Shown here: piece by piece, positions 36,698-45,695 of the stretch | Position numbering within the stretch: position 1 is the stretch's first letter | How the letters are laid out: every line of letters begins with the position of its first letter | Source: a candidate division FCPU426 bacterium | GTDB lineage: Bacteria > Oederibacteriota > JAAXVQ01 > JAUVAV01 | Assembly: GCA_040756875.1 (NCBI GenBank) | Contig: JBFLYH010000002.1 | Coordinates: 190,526-254,525, forward strand | Direction of reading: 5' to 3' | Length of the DNA stretch: 64,000 nt | The notes under the pieces: model-generated | The model's input: only the letters and a program-made list of their open reading frames with translations | Database searches by the model: none | Told to the model about the DNA's origin: nothing | Program-made: the position numbers and the translations under genes

Positions 36698-38461
36698 CTA
36701 CCGCCGGTAGATGATGGTGATTTCCACGCGGCGGTTTTGCTGCCGGCCGCTCTCGGTCTGATTGCTGGCCGCGGGATTTTTGTTGCCCCGGGCGTGGACC
36801 GAAAAATCCTTGAGCGGAATTTTATACGAGGCGGTCAGATACCGGGAGACCGACTCTGCGCGGCGCTGGGACAGGAGGAACGACGAGGGCGATTCGCTGC
36901 CGCCGTCCGTGTAGCCCTCGATCATGACTTTGACGTACGGCCGGCTCTTGATCTTGATGGCCGCCTCGGAAAGCTGCTTGACCGCCGCGTCGGAGAGATC
37001 GGCCGCGCCTTCGTCGAAATACACGGGCTGGAGGGTTTCCTGGCTGGGCGCCTCCTCGTCCCCACGGGACTTGGCCACCACTGCGCCGCTCAGCTTTTCG
37101 GCCCCGCCGTCCGTGGTCTCGACCTTGAAGGCGTAGCGGCAGAAGATGGATTCCTTGACCGGCTGCTGGTTCTGGTCCTTGCCGTCCCAGGTGATGGGGC
37201 TGGGCAGTCCCTTGCCCGTAAACGACTTGACCGTGCGGTCCTTGGCGTCCGCGATTTTAAGGGACCAGCGTTTGACCTTTTTGCCCTCGGACACGATCAG
37301 TTTGAACGTCGCGCTTTCGATCTGGGTCTTGACCTTGGCGTCGGGCTTGGCGTCCACTTCCACGCGGATGTCCGTGCGCATGGCCATGTCGGAAACCTTG
37401 GGCAGGAGGACGTTGCCCTCCGTGCCCATCTGCTCCGGCAGCAGCACTCCGGTGCCGCCGGTCACGGGGCGGGCGGCTTTCACCCGGCGGATGCGTTTGA
37501 CCTTCTTGGCCGCCTTGGCGGTCGCGAATTCATACGTCAGCGCGATCCGGTGCGTAAGCCCCAGGTCGCCGAACGGCGCCACGGCGTAATCCAGCTTGAA
37601 GTTCGAAATGTTGACGCCCAGACCGGCCGACAGGCCGGTCATGCCGCCCAGCTGGTTGATTTCGGATACGCGGTATCCCGCGCGGATCGCGACCGCCCCC
37701 TGATAATCGTACTCCAGGCCGAAATTGGCGTAAACCGGCTGGTCCACCGGGATCGGCACGTTGGCGTCGGCCACGATCAAAAAGTGGTCGCGCTTGTCGT
37801 CCACCAGGAGCGGCAGGTTGTAGCCCAGGCCGGCCTTGATGGTGAGGGGCAGCTGGAAGCCTTCCAGGGGCAGGCCCAGATTCTGGATCACCAGGCCGGC
37901 GTTGAGGTTGGGCAGAAGGTCGCGGTAGCGGGCGCCGAGGTCCAGGGCCAGGGTCATGCTGTTGAAGGTGTCCACGCTTTCGGACACCAGGCGCACCGAG
38001 CCGCCTACGTCCAGGTCGCCGTAGAGCTGCGTGCCGTAACCCGCGCCGACCACCAGGGTGTAAGGCGTGAAGGTCTGGTTGAGCGGCACGGGATAACCGT
38101 CCGTGTCCACGCCGATCTTGTCGAAGGTGCCGAAATTGATGTAATTGACGCTGAAGGCCATGCCGCCCTTGAAGAGCCTCTGGGCGTAGGTGAGATAGGC
38201 GTCCTGAATGTCCTGGAGCCAGAGGTTGTGCATGTAGGAGAGCTGGGGGTTGGAAATCTGGGCGAGTCCGGCCGGGTTCCAGTACAGGGCGTAGATGTCC
38301 TCGGCCGCCGCGGCCTGGGCTTCGCCCATGGCTACGGCCCGCGGGCCGATGCCGATCTGCAGGACTTTGCCGGCCGTGCTGAGCACCGCTTCGTTGGCGC
38401 CCGCCGCCAGGGGCATTCCGAGCATCCACAAACCCGCGACCATCAGTCTTCTCATCCGCAT
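36698..38461 (-). CDS. PorV/PorQ (UPF0164)-like beta-barrel fused to an FlgD-Ig-like and an OmpA-like domain
   Basis: GIGPRAVAMG..YWNPAGLA; DYA..PFGDLG.THR; WSLKI..TWDGKD; IEGYTD..LSQRRA..N....GRQQNRRVEI. Confidence 0.85.
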   Translation of the reverse strand: MRMRRLMVAGLWMLGMPLAAGANEAVLSTAGKVLQIGIGPRAVAMGEAQAAAAEDIYALYWNPAGLAQISNPQLSYMHNLWLQDIQDAYLTYAQRLFKGGMAFSVNYINFGTFDKIGVDTDGYPVPLNQTFTPYTLVVGAGYGTQLYGDLDVGGSVRLVSESVDTFNSMTLALDLGARYRDLLPNLNAGLVIQNLGLPLEGFQLPLTIKAGLGYNLPLLVDDKRDHFLIVADANVPIPVDQPVYANFGLEYDYQGAVAIRAGYRVSEINQLGGMTGLSAGLGVNISNFKLDYAVAPFGDLGLTHRIALTYEFATAKAAKKVKRIRRVKAARPVTGGTGVLLPEQMGTEGNVLLPKVSDMAMRTDIRVEVDAKPDAKVKTQIESATFKLIVSEGKKVKRWSLKIADAKDRTVKSFTGKGLPSPITWDGKDQNQQPVKESIFCRYAFKVETTDGGAEKLSGAVVAKSRGDEEAPSQETLQPVYFDEGAADLSDAAVKQLSEAAIKIKSRPYVKVMIEGYTDGGSESPSSFLLSQRRAESVSRYLTASYKIPLKDFSVHARGNKNPAASNQTESGRQQNRRVEITIIYRR

Positions 38462-38531
38462 GGCGCACCGCCCTTACGGTTTCGTCCTGCGCTTCCTGCC
38501 GCCCGGCCAAGCGGGCCGCATACAATATATA

Positions 38532-38561
38532 ATAGTAGCAAACCCTGCAAAGCTTTGGCAA
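38532..38561 (-). promoter_or_regulatory. putative sigma70 promoter of the PorV-like gene
   Basis: TTGCCA-N18-TACTAT with TG extension. Confidence 0.45.
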
Positions 38562-38579
38562 GTTTCAAAATTCAAAATC

Positions 38580-39983
38580 CTATCCGGATTGCCCCACCGC
38601 CTGCACCTTCAGGAAATTGGCGGCCCGGCCCGCGGGCGAACCCGCCACGATGACCATGACGTCCCCCTGCCGCACGCGGCGCGAGCGCAGCAGCAGGACC
38701 TCGGCCTCGCGCACCACGTTCTCCATCCCCGGACGGCGCCGCAGGCTCAGCCCGTCCAATCCCCAGTAGAGCTGCAGGCGGCGCTGGACTTCGGCCGAGT
38801 GGGCCAGCGCGATTACCGGCACCTGCGGCCGCAGCCTGGACACCAGGCACGCCGTGCGGCCGGAATGCGTGAACACGACCAGGGCGCGGGCCCGCAGGGA
38901 CTCGGCCAGCCCGGCGGCCGCGGACACCACCCGGTCCTCGGTCCCGGTCTGTTCGGGATGCAGGCGGTTGTAGCCCGGCTGGGATTCGGCCTCGCGGGCA
39001 ATGGCCGCGAGCATGCGGGCGGCCTGGACCGGATACTGGCCGGCCGCGGTCTCGCCGGACAGCAGCAGCGCGTCGCTGCCGTCGAAAATCGCGTTGGCCA
39101 CGTCCGACGCCTCGGCGCGCGTGGGCGTGGGCTGGGTGATCATGCTCTGCAGCATCTGCGTGGCCGTGATCACGAAACGGCCCAGCCGGTTGGCCTGGGC
39201 GATGATCCGCTTCTGCACGCCGGGCACGCGCTCCGGCGAAAGCTCCACGCCCAGGTCGCCGCGGGCGACCATCACGCCGTCCGCGGCCAGGATGACTTCC
39301 TCCAGGCAGGCGAGCGCCTGCGGCTTTTCGATCTTGGCCACGATGCCCGCATGGCCGCCGGCGCGCCGGATCAGGCCCCGCAGCAGGCGCAGGTCCCCGG
39401 GCCGGGTCACGAAGGACAGGGCCACGTAATCCAGGCCGAGGCGCAGGGCCAGGGCCAGGTCCCGGCGGTCCTTGGCCGTGAGGGCCGGCACCTTCAGCTG
39501 CGTGCCGGGCAGGTTGAGGCCCTTGTGGTCGCGCAGCTTGCCGCCGGTCTTGACCCGGCAGAGCACGTCCGCGCCCTGGCTGCGCTCCACGGCGAGTTCC
39601 AGCAGCCCGTCGTCGAGCAGGATGCGCTCGCCCGGCCGCACGTCGCGCGCCAGGCCGGCGTACGAAACCGGAATCAGCTCCTGGCTGCCTAGAACGGCGC
39701 GCGGCGTCAGCCGCACGCGGCTGTGTTCGGCCAGCCGCACCTCGCCGCCCGGAAAGCGGCCCACCCGCAGCTTGGGCCCGGCCAGGTCGACCAAAGTGGC
39801 CACGGTCGCCCCCTGGCGCCGGGCCTCGGCGCGGAGCGCCTGGATGCGCCGCGTATGGTCGGCGTGGGTGCCGTGCGCGAAATTGATGCGCGCGCAGTTC
39901 ATGCCCGCGCGGATCAGCGCGGCCAGCACGCTGGGCCGGTCCGTGGCCGGCCCCAGGGTGAAAATCAGCTTGGTGCGTGTCAT
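38580..39983 (-). CDS. pyk: pyruvate kinase
   Basis: TK...TLGP, RINFAHG, DL.GPK, AKIE, MVARGDLG, TQML.SM, RAE.SD, LSGETA. Confidence 0.97.
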   Translation of the reverse strand: MTRTKLIFTLGPATDRPSVLAALIRAGMNCARINFAHGTHADHTRRIQALRAEARRQGATVATLVDLAGPKLRVGRFPGGEVRLAEHSRVRLTPRAVLGSQELIPVSYAGLARDVRPGERILLDDGLLELAVERSQGADVLCRVKTGGKLRDHKGLNLPGTQLKVPALTAKDRRDLALALRLGLDYVALSFVTRPGDLRLLRGLIRRAGGHAGIVAKIEKPQALACLEEVILAADGVMVARGDLGVELSPERVPGVQKRIIAQANRLGRFVITATQMLQSMITQPTPTRAEASDVANAIFDGSDALLLSGETAAGQYPVQAARMLAAIAREAESQPGYNRLHPEQTGTEDRVVSAAAGLAESLRARALVVFTHSGRTACLVSRLRPQVPVIALAHSAEVQRRLQLYWGLDGLSLRRRPGMENVVREAEVLLLRSRRVRQGDVMVIVAGSPAGRAANFLKVQAVGQSG

Positions 39984-40013
39984 GGGGCTCCCCCATTCAA
40001 ACGGGATAATGGC

Positions 40014-40119
40014 GATTGCCGCGCTCTCCCTAAAGGGCTCGCTCGCAATGACCCCTTCTCTATCCTTATCGTCATTGCGAGGAGTCCCGAGGAAGTATCG
40101 AAGGGTGACGAAGCAATCC
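40014..40119. repeat. GTCATTGCGA-type palindromic doublet
   Basis: gattgcc..ctcgcaatgac / gtcattgcgagg..gaagcaatc. Confidence 0.8.
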
Positions 40120-40268
40120 CGATTCTACCAGCTTAATACGGCAAGAAGAATCGCGCCACCTGCAGAATTATATTGGCCCCCCGACCGGATACATTTATTG
40201 GTGCCTCCGGCACCGTGGGACGGCCAATGGGTCCGGCTGATGTCTGCACGGCCCAGGTTAACTGCAAG

Positions 40269-40718
40269 TTAAAACGGCAGCATCACGCTGGCTATTTGCA
40301 GAAGAACATTGGCCGCAATTCCGGCCAGCACGTCGTCGGCCATGACGCCCCAGCCTCCGGGCCAGGCCTGCACGCGGCGGATCACCCAGGGCTTCCACAC
40401 GTCGAACAGCCGGAACAGGAAAAAAGCCGCCAGGGGATAGAATGGATGCCAGGGCAGATAGGCCGCGGCCAGCAGCATGCCCGCGATTTCGTCGATGACG
40501 ATTTTGTGCGAGTCTTTTTCGTTCAGGACGCGTTCAGCCAGGGTGGCGGACCAGACGCCGACCGCCGATACCGCGAGCAGCGCCGCGGCGTACAGCCAGG
40601 GATGCCCGCGCAGGAGCCAATACGGCAGCAGGGCCACGGCTGAAGCCACCGTGCCTGACGCCCAGGGCGCGTAGCCCACGCCCAAAACCGAAGCCACCCA
40701 GAGCGCCAGCCGGTTCAC
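40269..40718 (-). CDS. pgpA: phosphatidylglycerophosphatase A
   Basis: G.GY.P.ASGT, D...IVIDE, FRLFD..KP, GGWGVMADD; GTG overlaps pgsA stop. Confidence 0.93.
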   Translation of the reverse strand: MNRLALWVASVLGVGYAPWASGTVASAVALLPYWLLRGHPWLYAAALLAVSAVGVWSATLAERVLNEKDSHKIVIDEIAGMLLAAAYLPWHPFYPLAAFFLFRLFDVWKPWVIRRVQAWPGGWGVMADDVLAGIAANVLLQIASVMLPF

Positions 40719-41359
40719 GCCGAGTGCTCCTGCCACAGTTCCTTGTTCTTTTCGAGGTACTCCACGCCTGAATACAGGGACAGGAGGGCCACGACGAACA
40801 TGGCCCAGTACGGGGCGTGTTGGGCGAACCCGCGCAGTACGCGGCCCACGGCTCCCCACGCGAGCACGGTCTGCTCCCAGGGCGGCATCCAAGCCTGCAG
40901 CGAAGCCACGACCACGTTGACGGTCAGGATCAGGATCACGGCCACGATCTGGGAAATGGTCTTGTGCTTGCCGGCCTGCGAGGCGGCGATCACCCGGCCC
41001 TGCACCGCGGCCAGCACGCGCAGGCCGGTGATGGCGAACTCGCGCCCGATGATGAGGATCACCATCCAAGCCGGGGCCAGATCCATCTGCACGAAGCAGA
41101 TGAACACCGTGGCCATGAGCAATTTGTCGGCCAGCGGGTCCATGATGCGGCCGAAGTTGGTCTCCAGTTTCCGTTCGCGGGCGATCTTGCCGTCCCAGTA
41201 ATCGGTGATGGCCGCGACGATGAAAATCAGCAGGGCCGCGTACTGGCCCCACAGACGCTCGGACAGGAGCGCCACCATCAGCAGCGGCACGGCCGCGATG
41301 CGGGCGAGGGTCAGGCGGTTGGGAAGGTTCAGGCGCTGCCAGCGCGTCCACCAGCTCAC
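40715..41359 (-). CDS. pgsA: CDP-diacylglycerol--glycerol-3-phosphate phosphatidyltransferase
   Basis: NLPNRLT, TDYWDGKIAR..FG..DPLADK, REF.ITGLR. Confidence 0.95.
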   Translation of the reverse strand: MSWWTRWQRLNLPNRLTLARIAAVPLLMVALLSERLWGQYAALLIFIVAAITDYWDGKIARERKLETNFGRIMDPLADKLLMATVFICFVQMDLAPAWMVILIIGREFAITGLRVLAAVQGRVIAASQAGKHKTISQIVAVILILTVNVVVASLQAWMPPWEQTVLAWGAVGRVLRGFAQHAPYWAMFVVALLSLYSGVEYLEKNKELWQEHSA

Positions 41360-42678
41360 AGGATCACCCCGGTCAAGTCATGTTCGCCGGCGCCGGTCAC
41401 GCGCGCCCGCACGATGGTTCCGGCCCGGCCGGCGCCGGTCAGCACGATGCCGCCGTCCACTTCCGGCGCGTCGCCTGCCGTGCGCCCCAGCCACAGGCGC
41501 GGTCCGGCGGCCTCTTCGAGCAAACAGTCCACCACGGTCCCCACGCGCCGTGCCAGGCGACGGCGGCTGATCTCGGCCTGCGCCAGCATCAACTCGCGCC
41601 GGCGCCGGTCGCGCGTAGCCTGCGGCACCCTGGGCCTGAGCGCGGCCGACGGCGTGCCGGCTTCGGCCGAATAGGTGAACACGCCCACGCGGTCGAATTC
41701 CGCGGCGCGGACGAAATCCAGCAGGGCCCGGTGCTCGGCCTCGGTCTCGCCCGGGAAACCCGTCAGGAGCGTGGTGCGGAGCACGATGCCCGGCACCCGT
41801 TGTCTGAGGGTCCGTACCAGCCCGAGAAACTTTTCGGCCCCGCCCGGCCGGCCCATGGCGCGCAACACGCGCGGATGGGCGTGCTGCACGGGCATGTCCA
41901 GGTACTTGCACACCTTGGGTTCCCGCGCCAGCCGCCGGACCAGCGCTTCGTCCACGCCGTCCGGATTCACGTACATCAGCCGCAGCCACTTCAGGCCGGG
42001 GATCTTCACCAGGCGGTCGATCAAGGCAGGCAGCAGCGGACGCCGCGAAACATCATACCCGTAGCGCGCCAGGTCTTGCGCCACCAGGACGATTTCCTTC
42101 GCGCCCCTGGCGGCCAGGGCGCGCGCTTCGGTTAGGACCTCGTTCATGGGCACCGAGCACAGCGGCCCGCGCAGGCGCGGAATGATGCAGAAGGTGCAGC
42201 GCCGCGAACAGCCTTCGGCGATTTTCACGTACGCCGTGCCCGGGCCCGAGACTCCTCGGTGCACAGGGCCCCCGAAGCGCCCGGAGGAAGGAGCGAGCCG
42301 CTGCGCCGCTTCCACCCAGCTGTCGACGGCGTGCGGCGGCAGGGCCTGGTCCACCTGCGGCACCAGTTTTTGCAGGCGCCCGGCGCCGTACTTGGCCACC
42401 AGGCAGCCCACGGCCAGGAGCCTGCGGCCGCGTTGCTTCCGCTTCCAGGCCGCGGCTTCCAGGAGCGCCTGCACGGCTTCTTCCTCGGCCGGCCGGATGA
42501 AGGCGCAGGTGTTGAGCACCAGCACCTCGGCCTCGTCCGGTTCCGCGACCACGCGGTAGCCCGACGCGGTGAGCGCCGCGATTGCATGCTCGGAATCAAC
42601 CTGATTTTTGGGACAGCCCAGGGTGATCAGGCAAACCTTGGGGGCCCAGGGATTGTTTATAGCCAATGGAATCCGCAT
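41356..42678 (-). CDS. rimO: ribosomal protein S12 methylthiotransferase
   Basis: LGCPKNQVDSE, NTCAFI, KIAEGC..RCTFC, TRAM domain APEVDG. Confidence 0.95.
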   Translation of the reverse strand: MRIPLAINNPWAPKVCLITLGCPKNQVDSEHAIAALTASGYRVVAEPDEAEVLVLNTCAFIRPAEEEAVQALLEAAAWKRKQRGRRLLAVGCLVAKYGAGRLQKLVPQVDQALPPHAVDSWVEAAQRLAPSSGRFGGPVHRGVSGPGTAYVKIAEGCSRRCTFCIIPRLRGPLCSVPMNEVLTEARALAARGAKEIVLVAQDLARYGYDVSRRPLLPALIDRLVKIPGLKWLRLMYVNPDGVDEALVRRLAREPKVCKYLDMPVQHAHPRVLRAMGRPGGAEKFLGLVRTLRQRVPGIVLRTTLLTGFPGETEAEHRALLDFVRAAEFDRVGVFTYSAEAGTPSAALRPRVPQATRDRRRRELMLAQAEISRRRLARRVGTVVDCLLEEAAGPRLWLGRTAGDAPEVDGGIVLTGAGRAGTIVRARVTGAGEHDLTGVIL

Positions 42679-42767
42679 GTAGTGTGATGATTGTAAACCA
42701 GACCCCCACTATACCGCCAATGCCCATATCCTGCACCCAAAATCTGCCCAATTTGTTTTAAATGGGA

Positions 42768-43517
42768 CGTTATTGCGAGGGGTTTATACGAAGCAACCTT
42801 CAACGCAGCGCGTCATTGCGAGGGAATTGTCCGAAGCAATCTATTTCGAACTCCCCCTACCCCCTCTTTAGCAAAGAGGGGGTAGGGGGAGTTGAGATTG
42901 CCGCGTCCCCTTCGGGGACTCGCAATGACGGACTATTATCCACAGAAGTCATTGCGAGGAGTCCCGCGTGCGGGACGACGAAGCAATCCATCATTCGGTT
43001 TTCTGGTTCTGTCGTCATTCCGGCATGTCGTCAGCCGGAATCCAGTATGATGTAGGGGCGTTCAATTGAACGCCCCTACTGGACCCCGGCTTTCGCCGGG
43101 GTGACGAAAAGTAAAATCTCTCTTTGGCAAAGAAGGAGCAGAGGGAGTTGTGCCAGGGGTTTGTCCGAGGCTATCCTGCGTGACGAGATTGCCGCACCTC
43201 CTGTGAAACAGAGGCTCGCAATGACAGAATAATATTCCACGAAGTCATTGCGAGGAACCCGCAGGTAGGGCGACGAAGCAATCTTTCATTCGGTCTTTTG
43301 GTTTTGCCGTCATTCCGGCATGTATTAAGCCGGAATCCAGTGATTTTGATCGTTTGTTTTTTTATGGAGCCCCCCCGGGCGAAGCCCGGGGTACCAACTT
43401 CAACCCCTTGTTACCCGCTCTTGGCGACATCCCCGAAGCAACCATTACGCATTCACCCCCGAGCAAGCTCGGGGTGCCCTGCGGAGGGGACTGGACCCCG
43501 GCTTTCGCCGGGGTGAC
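42768..43517. repeat. mosaic of several palindromic element families with a higher-order duplication
   Basis: GTCATTGCGA, CCCCCTCTTT, GTCATTCCGG, GTAGGGGCG and CTGGACCCCGG units; units 42894-43105 and 43185-43517 are homologous. Confidence 0.9.
43364..43490. mobile_element. IS200/IS605-end-like palindromic element (copy B)
   Basis: atggagccccc, hairpins cccgggcgaagcccggg and ccccgagcaagctcgggg, ggcgacatccccg, ctgcggagggga. Confidence 0.6.
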
Positions 43518-43566
43518 AGCGATTAGTAGAAGCACACAAGACTAACGTTCGAAACCTTTTCACACA

Positions 43567-44184
43567 TTAGAATGTTTTTAATTTATTAATTATTTCAATT
43601 TCATCCGCAATAGTTTTTCTTTTATATATATGACAATTATAGGAATTAGCCTCCGGTTCCCAATCAAAATATGCCCCATAGTCTTTAGTCTTGATTTTTT
43701 TCGAGGCTTCATCAGACAAAGTGAATTTCGATTTAAATAAACCGAGAATCCTTGAGCGGCCAATATATTTTACAAATATTTCGACAAAATACTCTCCAGG
43801 TATAAATTCAAATTGGGTTCCGTCTTTTGGTAAAAGAAAGTGGTGATTAAGTGCAACGCCGTTTTCACCAACAAAAAGGCCACTCCCTCTGACAAGTTCT
43901 TTTTCCTTATACACCCATATATTAAATACTTGGGTATTTTCCCCGCGTTTAACTTTAGCAAACATGTTTTCGATGACATTGCCTTTTTTTGAAGTACTAA
44001 ATAGCAGCGTTCGCAGAAAAACCTGATTCTCTCCGGCACCATCCGGACCCAAATATACGACCGTCGGTTGTGTCATTCGTATTTTTCCTTTATGATAAAA
44101 AGTCAGCCAAAGGTTAACGACCGATACTATCAACGCAAAAATAGATAATAAGATACTTGCCACTGCAAGCAAGTCGCTCAACAT
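43567..44184 (-). CDS. hypothetical protein with N-terminal TM anchor
   Basis: AT-rich 205-aa ORF; GGAGG RBS; hydrophobic N-terminus. Confidence 0.7.
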   Translation of the reverse strand: MLSDLLAVASILLSIFALIVSVVNLWLTFYHKGKIRMTQPTVVYLGPDGAGENQVFLRTLLFSTSKKGNVIENMFAKVKRGENTQVFNIWVYKEKELVRGSGLFVGENGVALNHHFLLPKDGTQFEFIPGEYFVEIFVKYIGRSRILGLFKSKFTLSDEASKKIKTKDYGAYFDWEPEANSYNCHIYKRKTIADEIEIINKLKTF

Positions 44185-44211
44185 ACCCGCGCCTCCTTTC
44201 CAAAGCAAATG

Positions 44212-44308
44212 GGATTCCGGCTTTCGCCGGAATGACGTCCTTCTGTCATTGCTCGTTACCCCGGCCCAGTCCTGGCGTATCTGAACCAGGGCGAAAGCCG
44301 GGGTCCAG
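44212..44308. repeat. GGATTCCGGC/CCGGGGTCCAG palindromic doublet
   Basis: ggattccggctttcgccggaatgac and gttaccccggc..gaaagccggggtccag. Confidence 0.75.
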
Positions 44309-44315
44309 GAAATAA

Positions 44316-44687
44316 TTACTCGGAGTATTTCTTCAATATCCTTCCCTTATCCTCATTCTCCTTATCCCCTTTAAAATACATCTCCACCAACTCCACCCTA
44401 TCCTCCGCCTCAAAGTAAGTGTAGATCACCCGGAGCCTGGTATTCGCGCCCCGGCCCTTGAGGGCCTTGCAGGCGAACTTGCGGGCTTTATACATTTTAG
44501 GCTGGTCAATGCCCAGACCTGCGATGGGCACAATTCCTTGGTTGTCTTTATTCAGCTTGTGAAACAGCGGAAGCTGCACCGAGAGAAACACCTTAAGGTC
44601 ATCATCTAGGGTGGGAAAGCGCTTTTTGAGTTTCTTTAGATCCTTCTCAAATTCCGGCAGACGTGTGATGTCACTGAATGCTGTCAT
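44316..44687 (-). CDS. RelE-like toxin
   Basis: F.KDLKKL.KRFPTL.DDL..YKAR..KG.G...RVIY..Y.K.D.E; overlaps upstream antitoxin. Confidence 0.7.
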   Translation of the reverse strand: MTAFSDITRLPEFEKDLKKLKKRFPTLDDDLKVFLSVQLPLFHKLNKDNQGIVPIAGLGIDQPKMYKARKFACKALKGRGANTRLRVIYTYFEAEDRVELVEMYFKGDKENEDKGRILKKYSE

Positions 44688-45462
44688 CGCTTTTTCTCAC
44701 AGAGTAGGGGGCAGTGCGGTAAAAGACAGCTTCGTACTCGATGTTCTTCCCTTCCTCAGCCGTCATCCAGGGAACATCGCCATGAGAATACTCTTCCATT
44801 TGTTTGGCGTTTTTGTCCCCCAGCCTGCAGATCACGTCGTCGATTATTTCCTTTTCAGTGGCCTTGAGTCCGCTCAAATCCGGCTCGCGCAAGGGCAGAT
44901 ACTTGGTTTGCGGATAATTAAAGTATTTACTTTTCACTCTTTCAATCTCTTTGGCATTAACCATCCTGTCCACAATCGTTTTGAACTCCCTCGGCGTGGG
45001 GCCGTGATGATTTTTGATGTAAGTGGCACCGATAAGCTGCTCCTCAAAACGTTCGTAATAATCAAAGTCCATGAAATAGAGGAGCTTGTAGATAACACTC
45101 TCGCCCATATTTGGTTTAGACCCGACTTGGCCTAAAATATATAGCAATATTTCTTTGAATTTTTTCAGGTTCCTCTGCGGCACATTAATGCGTATCTCGG
45201 GTTTTGCCTCCCTATGTTCTTCCTCGGGTTCCAGGACTACCTGCGGCTCCTTGCTCAAATCCAGGATACTTTCCACGGAAACGCCGAATATCTCCGAAAC
45301 CTTCTTCAGTTCCTCCACAGAAAGCGCCCTGCTGCCATTCTCGATTTGGGAAATGGTGGGCCGGACCACCCCCAAGTGGTCTGCCAAGCTCTGCTGGCTG
45401 ATTCCCCGGGATTCCCGCAAGGATTTAATGCGTTTCCCAATATTCTTATTAAAACCAGGCAC
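44671..45462 (-). CDS. XRE-HTH plus DUF4065 (Panacea/SocA-like) antitoxin
   Basis: IK.LR...SQ..LA..TISQIENG.R; KLLYF.DF..Y....GP.P..YSH.D.PW. Confidence 0.85.
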   Translation of the reverse strand: MPGFNKNIGKRIKSLRESRGISQQSLADHLGVVRPTISQIENGSRALSVEELKKVSEIFGVSVESILDLSKEPQVVLEPEEEHREAKPEIRINVPQRNLKKFKEILLYILGQVGSKPNMGESVIYKLLYFMDFDYYERFEEQLIGATYIKNHHGPTPREFKTIVDRMVNAKEIERVKSKYFNYPQTKYLPLREPDLSGLKATEKEIIDDVICRLGDKNAKQMEEYSHGDVPWMTAEEGKNIEYEAVFYRTAPYSVRKSDDSIQ

Positions 45463-45488
45463 GGACCTCGCCCCCTTCCTTCAATTAC

Positions 45489-45517
45489 AGTATATCTTAG
45501 GTAATAATACTTGTCAA
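45489..45517 (-). promoter_or_regulatory. sigma70 promoter of the antitoxin-toxin pair
   Basis: TTGACA-N17-TATACT. Confidence 0.7.
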
Positions 45518-45550
45518 TATCATGTTATATTTTATTACATTTCAAGGATG

Positions 45551-45686
45551 GATTGCTTCGTCCCCTAAGGGGACTCGCAATGACTTTTTTTCTGTCATTG
45601 CGAGGGCTTTTTCCGAAGCAATCTATTTTGAACTCCCCCCACCCCCTCTTTGCCAAAGAGGGGGATTAAGGGGGAGTTGAGATTGC
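45551..45686. repeat. composite palindromic element; 45594-45686 is a direct repeat of 42812-42901
   Basis: gtcattgcgaggg..ccgaagcaatctattt.gaactccccc..ccccctcttt..aaagaggggg..gggggagttgagattgc. Confidence 0.85.
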
Positions 45687-45695
45687 AGTTGGTTT

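Noticed and set aside
42762-43545. Short ORFs in the REP mosaic; also the N-terminal extensions of 13472-14008 and 12561-13334
   Set aside because: Translated palindromic repeats or intergenic DNA; better starts with an RBS exist downstream for the real genes.
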